64,000 bases of DNA, taken from the NCBI GenBank assembly GCA_049510295.1, contig JBEKZC010000002.1, forward strand, positions 57,797-121,796. The letters are read 5' to 3'. Source of the stretch: Verrucomicrobiota bacterium. Its GTDB lineage: Bacteria; Verrucomicrobiota; Verrucomicrobiia; Limisphaerales; UBA11358. The notes beneath the pieces were generated by a model. It did not search any database. It saw nothing but the letters and a program-made list of their open reading frames with translations, and was not told the origin of the DNA. Positions 58,168 through 64,000 of the stretch are shown in pieces. The position numbers and the translations under genes are program-made. Within the stretch, counting starts at the first letter, position 1; each line of letters opens with the position of its first letter.

Positions 58168-58242
58168 TAAGGTTTCCCGCGCCTCGAATTGCCAAGCAAA
58201 ATCGTGATTTTGAAAGTTCTTTCTATGGAATGGGCAAGGGAG
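58168..58242. repeat. 75-bp imperfect direct repeat, copy 2
   Basis: Matches 56539-56613. Confidence 0.75.
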
Positions 58243-58493
58243 GAGGTCGGAGGTCGAACCGCGCGCCGCCTTTTTGCGAGGCGGTCACCAGATCACCGGC
58301 GAGCCGATGAAATTCCTGACGCTGGCCGATGGTTTGAAGTGAGCCGCAGCGGGGAATAATCACCGGCGTGGTTGAATTTCAGCAACATCGGTCATAAAAA
58401 CAGGTTACCGCTGTAATTTTGTGTCGTCAAACCAGGAGGGACGGCATGTTGCTGTCCCTGAAATTTGGGACGCCGACACGGCGTCCCTCCCAA

Positions 58494-59192
58494 TTATACC
58501 AACGCGCGTTCTTCCGCCGTGAGAATCCGCCATTGTCCGGCGGGCAAATCGCTGAGCCATAAATTTCCGATGCGCACCCGGATGAGCCGCAGCGTGGGAT
58601 GGCCGATGGCGGCGGTCATGCGGCGCACCTGCCGGTTTTTGCCTTCAACCAGTTCCAGCCCAATCCAGCAATCCGGCACGCTTTTGCGAAATCGGATGGG
58701 CGGGTCGCGCGGCGGGATTTTAATAACCGTAGCGGCGTCTCGGCAGAGCGCCGCTGACTGTCTTTTCGAAGAAACGGCGCTCTGCCGAGACGCCGCTACG
58801 GGGGTGGGGATTATTTCCGGTTGCGGGTCCAGAATCCACGCGCGGCACGGCAATGTTTTCCGGCCTTGGATGGAAACGCCGCGTTCGAGCTTCTTCAAAA
58901 CTTCGGGCGTTGGAATGCGTTCCAGTTGCGCCCAATACTCACGTTCGTGGGCGTGGCGCGGGTGCAGCAACCGTTCGTTCCATTCCGGTTCGTCGCTCAA
59001 CAGCAGCAAGCCCTCGGAATCCGCGTCGAGCCGGCCAATGGGATAAACGTTTTTCGGAAAACCGAATTCCGCGAGTGTGCGATTGGGCAGGCCAAACGAT
59101 CTTCGCCCCGACGCGGGTGTCGGCGCTTTGTCCGCGCCGTCGGGCGTGAATTGCGAAACGACGCCGTAAGGTTTGTTGAATGCGATGAGCAC
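58494..59192 (-). CDS. rluE: RsuA-family pseudouridine synthase (RluE-like) with two in-frame insertions
   Basis: FNKPYGVVSQF, GRLDADSEGLLLL, EGKNRQVRRMTAAIGHPTLRLIR. Confidence 0.85.
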   Translation of the reverse strand: MLIAFNKPYGVVSQFTPDGADKAPTPASGRRSFGLPNRTLAEFGFPKNVYPIGRLDADSEGLLLLSDEPEWNERLLHPRHAHEREYWAQLERIPTPEVLKKLERGVSIQGRKTLPCRAWILDPQPEIIPTPVAASRQSAVSSKRQSAALCRDAATVIKIPPRDPPIRFRKSVPDCWIGLELVEGKNRQVRRMTAAIGHPTLRLIRVRIGNLWLSDLPAGQWRILTAEERALV

Positions 59193-59275
59193 CGCGGGAG
59201 TTTCAAGTGTCGGGTTTCAAGTTTCAAGCAAATCGTCCTCGTCGTCCGGTCGTGGTGTCGCAGATTGTTGCTGGT

Positions 59276-59339
59276 GGCTCGGTTTGAAACTACTCATCTT
59301 CATTCTTGAACCAAAACTCCGCAAGCTTCCGGCTTTTGA
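59276..59339. repeat. 64-bp perfect direct repeat, copy 1 (duplicate of a gene 3' end)
   Basis: Identical to 61141-61204. Confidence 0.9.
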
Positions 59340-59419
59340 GGTAGTGCCTTAATTTGAATTTTATGTCCCCTTTACTTCCCCAGATTTGGCACGAAATTTG
59401 GCCATGCAGGTATGAAAAA

Positions 59420-60946
59420 TCATTGGTCGGCCAGTTCTCCCAGGTTGTCTTTGGATGGATATTTGAACCACGCTTTTCTTTCAGGAATTTTTGGCACCGG
59501 CAAACCGGCTCTTTGTTGGATCATATAGTGTCCAAAAGCAATTGTTATTGCGCCATCAGGAGCCACAAAAATACCATTAATTTCTATTGCGTTTGGGGAA
59601 TTATAGCGGACTTGGAAAACAGGAAGCATTTTTTCATCCACTATTTCAAACGAATTTGCATTAAAATTCCTATCCCATCCATCTGGTATTTTGGGAGGCC
59701 ATTCATTGTTCATCTCAACCGTTTGTTCAGCATCTCCAAACATGGTCTTTATTTTTATGTAAAGACGGTTGCTTATGATGTAGGGAGTAAAATCCTCGCC
59801 CGCTGGCCCCGAATAAGGATGTATAAAATGCCACCCTTCAGCCCCCACAGGAAGAGCGATGTAATTGCCCCCAATTTTAATCTCAATCATTTTCCCTCCC
59901 CCCGATATGTCCGGCAATTGTGGAGGCAGTTCCGGGGGCTGCCATTGGCGGGCGGCGGCCATCTTAGAAAAATAAGAAACTTCCTGTTCAATTGTGGGTT
60001 TTGGCGGCTCGGTGGCATTTGTGGGCGAAGGCGGTGCGGATGCCAATTCGTGCAGGTGCAAGTTGGATGGATATTTGAACAAAGTTTTTCTTTTGGAAAA
60101 AAGATCGTCGGCTGGCCCCAAGGGAAAGTTTCTCGTTTCAAATCCATTACCAAAAGCTATCAGGCCGTTGGTTTTGGAGAAAAAGAAAATCCCATTAACC
60201 TGAATCCAAGTCGGATTCAAATAAATCACTTGAAGAACCGGCAATCCATCCTCTGCGACAATTTCAAACGTATTAGAATTATAATTTCTGTCCCATCTTG
60301 GGGGCAAAGGATAATTCAAGTCCTCATTCATAAAAACAGTATCCAGATTTGTGATCAAAAGGTTTTTAACTGCTACATAAAATCGATTGTTTTTCACATA
60401 AGGCTCTATTGGGGATTGAGCCGGTGTAAAACCATTATGAAATTCCAACATATTCATAAAATTACTGCTAACAGTTGGGTCATTCGGCACAGACGCTGCT
60501 GGGCGCGACAGAGTGATTCCTCCAAGGGTCACAGAAACAACGAAGATGTTTGTAGGAAGTTCTGGTGGCTCCCATTTGGATATAACCCCCAAAGATTCCA
60601 AAGTCGTATTTGGCTCCGACGACTGGATTGGATTCGGTCTGACGGAATTTGCGGGCAATGGATGAGCGATTTTATATGACCACACAAAAAACCAAACCGC
60701 TATTAGAAAAAGTAAGCACCAATAAACAATCCAAACCCAGACTTTTTTGAGAGGTTTTGCTTCGGAAAAATAATGAGCGGGAGCGTGAAAAAATCCTGCC
60801 AAGCAAATAAAAGAACACCAAAGTCCATAGATAAAATGAAACTCAATATCACTAGAGAAGAAAATGGGGGCGAAAATCATGCCAAAAACACCGACAATAA
60901 CGGCGTCACGAAAGACGAATCCGAATTTATTGTCGTCAGTAGGCAT
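59420..60946 (-). CDS. Low-GC membrane protein with two tandem copies of an uncharacterised beta-rich domain
   Basis: Three TM segments; WxPPELP...PY...WDRN(Y/F)NxNxFEIV...PVxQV...NGIF...FKYPS occurs twice. Confidence 0.75.
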   Translation of the reverse strand: MPTDDNKFGFVFRDAVIVGVFGMIFAPIFFSSDIEFHFIYGLWCSFICLAGFFHAPAHYFSEAKPLKKVWVWIVYWCLLFLIAVWFFVWSYKIAHPLPANSVRPNPIQSSEPNTTLESLGVISKWEPPELPTNIFVVSVTLGGITLSRPAASVPNDPTVSSNFMNMLEFHNGFTPAQSPIEPYVKNNRFYVAVKNLLITNLDTVFMNEDLNYPLPPRWDRNYNSNTFEIVAEDGLPVLQVIYLNPTWIQVNGIFFFSKTNGLIAFGNGFETRNFPLGPADDLFSKRKTLFKYPSNLHLHELASAPPSPTNATEPPKPTIEQEVSYFSKMAAARQWQPPELPPQLPDISGGGKMIEIKIGGNYIALPVGAEGWHFIHPYSGPAGEDFTPYIISNRLYIKIKTMFGDAEQTVEMNNEWPPKIPDGWDRNFNANSFEIVDEKMLPVFQVRYNSPNAIEINGIFVAPDGAITIAFGHYMIQQRAGLPVPKIPERKAWFKYPSKDNLGELADQ

Positions 60947-61140
60947 TATTTTTCCGTTGCTATTTTGGTTTGTACGATTGCTGGAATTGGCATTGCGGAA
61001 TATTCACGTTCCTCATCTCTAATTTTTTGAGGTCGCATTAATTTGACATTTTTAAAATGCGTGCAATTTTCCAATCGTTTTGGGTACGTAAGTTAATTGG
61101 CAAACTTGGCGTTCCTTACAATCGCAGATTGCGAGTCCGA

Positions 61141-61204
61141 GGCTCGGTTTGAAACTACTCATCTTCATTCTTGAACCAAAACTCCGCAAGCTTCCGGCTT
61201 TTGA
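61141..61204. repeat. 64-bp perfect direct repeat, copy 2
   Basis: Identical to 59276-59339; overlaps the stop of the 61155-61409 gene. Confidence 0.9.
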
Positions 61205-61409
61205 TGATGAGAAATATGCCAACCACCCCTTGCACGACATCACCAATCGCGTTAGGTAAAATGTAAAACATCGTGTCACTCGATTTAGGCATCCCGAAAG
61301 TCCATGCAATCACAGCAGCAATTACAGAAACCAATCCTGGGATGGCGCACAGGCAAACGTAAAGCCCTATAATCTTGATTAAGACGTTCGCAAGTTGTTT
61401 TGATTTCAT
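61155..61409 (-). CDS. Small two-TM membrane protein
   Basis: MKSKQLANVLIKIIGL...KSRKLAEFWFKNEDE. Confidence 0.65.
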   Translation of the reverse strand: MKSKQLANVLIKIIGLYVCLCAIPGLVSVIAAVIAWTFGMPKSSDTMFYILPNAIGDVVQGVVGIFLIIKSRKLAEFWFKNEDE

Positions 61410-61490
61410 GCTCCAAAAATTGAACCCGAACCGCACAAGAATCAAGGTGCGAGTTCGGCAAACATCGGGCGCGCTCCCCAATTCCGGCTG

Positions 61491-61618
61491 ATACCATTTC
61501 CCGATAATAATCGGCACATTTCCCAGATGGCGGGGCCGTGCTGTTGCGCGGCCATCTTACCCGGCGGCGCAGCAGCGCCGCCCCACCAATTGCACCGATT
61601 GTCTTCGGGAATTGGCAT
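61491..61618. mobile_element. 128-bp MITE-like element, copy 1
   Basis: Ends ATACCATTTCCCG...CGGGAATTGGCAT; TGA on both sides; similar to 63571-63698. Confidence 0.7.
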
Positions 61619-61757
61619 GAATCGTTGCGGCCAAAGCGTGAACTCCAACTTTGGCCGCCACTTCGCGGCTGGAAATTGGAAAACACGGCCCAATTAGGGT
61701 AATTCGCCGTCAAAATTTGATGGACTTTTCGCGCGTTTTCCAGACCCTGTTCCAATC

Positions 61758-62387
61758 ATGTTTTCGCTTCAAATGCTCTTCGGAAAGGCCGACCGGTTTT
61801 ATCAACTGCTGGAAGACGCCGCCAGCGAAGCCCACGAAAGCGTCCGGCTGGTCATTGAGATGATCAAGTCGCCGGACTCCGCCAAAGGTCTGGACGAGCT
61901 GGCGCTTACGCGCCGCAAGGAGAAAAAAATCGCCGAGCAAATTACCGCCGAACTGGTGAAAACCTTCGTGACCGGGCTGGAGCGCGAGGACATTGAGGCG
62001 TTGTCGCTGGCGCTGCGCAAAATTCCCAAGACGGTCGAGAAACTGGCGGAGCGCATCAACCTCGGCCACCAGCACATTGACGGCGTGGATTTCACCCGCC
62101 AGATAGAAATCCTGGAACAGTCCACCGACGTGGTGCTGGCCATGGTAAAACAGCTCCGCGACATGCGGCATCTGGAAAGAATCCACGAGTTGAACACCAA
62201 GCTGCAATATCTCGAAAACGAGGCGGACAAGCTGATGACGAACCTGCTGAAAGAACTTTACAGCGGGCGCTACGAGGCCACGAAGGCCATGGTCATCCGC
62301 GACCTTTATGAATTGATGGAGAAGGCCATTGACCGGTGCCGTGACGCCGGCAACGTGGTCATGCATATCGTGCTCAAAAATTCCTGA
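61758..62387 (+). CDS. DUF47 phosphate transport regulator (PhoU-like)
   Basis: KTFVTGLEREDI, LENEAD, EKAIDRCRDAGN, IVLKNS; paired with PiT. Confidence 0.9.
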   Translation: MFSLQMLFGKADRFYQLLEDAASEAHESVRLVIEMIKSPDSAKGLDELALTRRKEKKIAEQITAELVKTFVTGLEREDIEALSLALRKIPKTVEKLAERINLGHQHIDGVDFTRQIEILEQSTDVVLAMVKQLRDMRHLERIHELNTKLQYLENEADKLMTNLLKELYSGRYEATKAMVIRDLYELMEKAIDRCRDAGNVVMHIVLKNS

Positions 62388-62397
62388 CCGGCACGCG

Positions 62398-63492
62398 ATG
62401 ATTCTCATCTTCACCGTCATCTTTGCGGCGTTGGTGTTCACCTACATCAACGGCTTTCACGACACGGCCAATTCCATCGCCACCGTCGTCGCCACCAAGG
62501 TGCTGACGCCGCGCCAGGCCGTGATGCTGGCCGCCGTCACCAACCTGGTCGGCGCCTTCATTGGCAGTGCCGTTGCCACCACGATTGCTTCCGGCCTGGT
62601 TGACCCAAAAGTTGCCACGTCCGAGGTCCTGATCTGTGCCTTGGTCGCCGCCATTCTCTGGAACCTGTTGACGTGGTGGTTTGGGATGCCGTCCAGTTCG
62701 TCGCACGCGCTCGTCGGCGGTTTGTGTGGGGCGTGTCTGGCTGCCGCCCACAACCATTGGAATGTCCTGGTCTGGTCCGTTCCCAGTTCAAAACATTGGT
62801 GGTTGGGCACAGGACTGATTTGGAAGGTCATTGTTCCGATGATTTTGTCTCCCGTTTTCGGTTTGGTCTTTGGTTTTCTGGTTATGGGAACGCTTTACTT
62901 CCTGTTGCGCAACTGGCGGCCAGCCACAGTCAACAAAACCTTCGGCATCCTCCAGCTTGGCAGTTCGGGTTTTATGGGAATCAGCCACGGCATGAATGAC
63001 GCACAAAAAACCATGGGCATCATCGCGCTGGTATTGCTGACCGGCACGAGCAGCGGCGTATTTGGCCAGCTGCCCGGCTGGTTGTCGTTTTTGCGCACCG
63101 CTCCGCCGGAAGCGAACCAGCCGCTGGTCATCGCCGCGTGGATCAAAGTGCTTTGCGCGTTGACGATGTGCGCCGGCACCGCCGTAGGCGGCTGGCGCAT
63201 CATCAAAACCCTTGGACACAAAATGGTCCGTCTGCATCCGGTTCACGGCTTCGCCGCCGAAACCACCGCCGCCACAATCCTGGCCACCGCCGCGCATTTC
63301 GGCATGCCCGTGTCCACCACGCACGCCGTCACCACCTCCATTATGGGCGTCGGCTGCGCGAAAGGATTCAATCACCTCAAACTCGACGTGGTCGAACGCA
63401 TCCTCTGGGCGTGGATAATGACGCTGCCCGCCAGCGGCGGCGTGGCTTACCTGCTGGTCAAACTGGCCCAGTTCGCCGGTTGGATTCAGTAA
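62398..63492 (+). CDS. pit: PiT-family inorganic phosphate transporter
   Basis: NGFHDTANSIAT, PSSSSHALVGG, HGMNDAQK, PVSTTH. Confidence 0.95.
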   Translation: MILIFTVIFAALVFTYINGFHDTANSIATVVATKVLTPRQAVMLAAVTNLVGAFIGSAVATTIASGLVDPKVATSEVLICALVAAILWNLLTWWFGMPSSSSHALVGGLCGACLAAAHNHWNVLVWSVPSSKHWWLGTGLIWKVIVPMILSPVFGLVFGFLVMGTLYFLLRNWRPATVNKTFGILQLGSSGFMGISHGMNDAQKTMGIIALVLLTGTSSGVFGQLPGWLSFLRTAPPEANQPLVIAAWIKVLCALTMCAGTAVGGWRIIKTLGHKMVRLHPVHGFAAETTAATILATAAHFGMPVSTTHAVTTSIMGVGCAKGFNHLKLDVVERILWAWIMTLPASGGVAYLLVKLAQFAGWIQ

Positions 63493-63515
63493 CCCCAAAT
63501 TCTCTCCCGGGGTTG

Positions 63516-63739
63516 GTAGGGCGGGCAGTCCCCTGCCCGCCGCCAAATATGATGAGATGTCCAAACGCTAATACCCTTTCCCGATAATAATCGGCACATT
63601 CCCCGATGGCAGGGCCGCGTTGCTACGGCGGCCATCATACCCGGCGGCGCAGCAACGCCGCCCTACCCATTGCACCGATTGTCTCTGGGAATTGGTATAA
63701 CAACCGCCAGACGGCGCGCACGGAGTAACGCGCCCCACC
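63516..63739. mobile_element. REP doublet with nested MITE copy 2 (63571-63698)
   Basis: GGTAGGGCG...CGCCCCACC outer pair; inner ATACCCTTTCCC...GGGAATTGGTAT with TAA on both sides. Confidence 0.7.
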
Positions 63740-63919
63740 TTTCAATTCGTGTCAACCTTGACGGCTTTCTCTCTGCGTTGCAATCAGCCGTTCAACTTGC
63801 ACACGCCATTCCGTTCTTTTCGCTCAAGGAAACCAAATCCGGGGAACTTCATGTTCCTGAAACCATTGCCAACGATTCGCCATAAGATTTATACTCCAGC
63901 AAATCTTAAGAACGAACTT

Positions 63920-64000
63920 ATGATTTCAAACGAACGACCATCGCCTTTCAAAGGCCTGCCTCAAATGCAACCCCGTCCGCCGGTTCAGGAGGACACCCTC
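63920..64000 (+). CDS. Start of a gene running off the window, possibly a PUR-family nucleic-acid-binding protein
   Basis: MISNERPSPFKGLPQMQPRPPVQEDTL; only 27 codons visible, so the family call is tentative. Confidence 0.4.
   Translation, partial: MISNERPSPFKGLPQMQPRPPVQEDTL

Noticed and set aside
59354-60679. 441-aa plus-strand ORF antisense to the low-GC membrane protein
   Set aside because: Codon-aligned with the real gene, so it only reflects absence of TTA, CTA and TCA codons; its length is unusual for AT-rich DNA but the product has no protein-like features
1-64000. tRNA, rRNA, intact transposase or integrase genes
   Set aside because: None recognised by eye; a tRNAscan/Infernal run would be needed to exclude short RNAs

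Overview
A mostly high-GC bacterial chromosome segment. Gene content, repeat types and protein style suggest Verrucomicrobiota of the Pedosphaera/Limisphaerales kind (inference). Much of the window is a phosphate-starvation locus: phoB-phoR, a porin-pstSCAB-phoU operon, CHAD-sixA, DUF47-PiT and an adjacent ars operon, with 11-bp-period Pho-box-like repeats in front of several units. Two candidate undescribed systems stand out. (1) An apparently PhoB-controlled surface module: a secreted PstS/DING-like protein, an AraC regulator fused through an internal signal peptide to a TpsB barrel, a DUF3739-type TpsA, and ExbB-ExbD-TonB-ExbD. (2) A repeat-bounded cassette encoding a signal-peptide-less Nal1-like serine protease, a stand-alone copy of its N-terminal domain, an SGNH hydrolase interrupted by an in-frame TGA, a membrane-anchored beta-rich protein and a 55-aa peptide; three of these share a possible cleavage motif. 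Also present are a duplicated candidate sRNA, a 14-blade Kelch/GH30 protein with hypervariable di-residues, two orphan integron-cassette remnants, an IS66 relic, MITE/REP elements (three inserted in frame in housekeeping genes) and several duplicated gene 3' ends. All family assignments are from motif recognition by eye; no searches were run.
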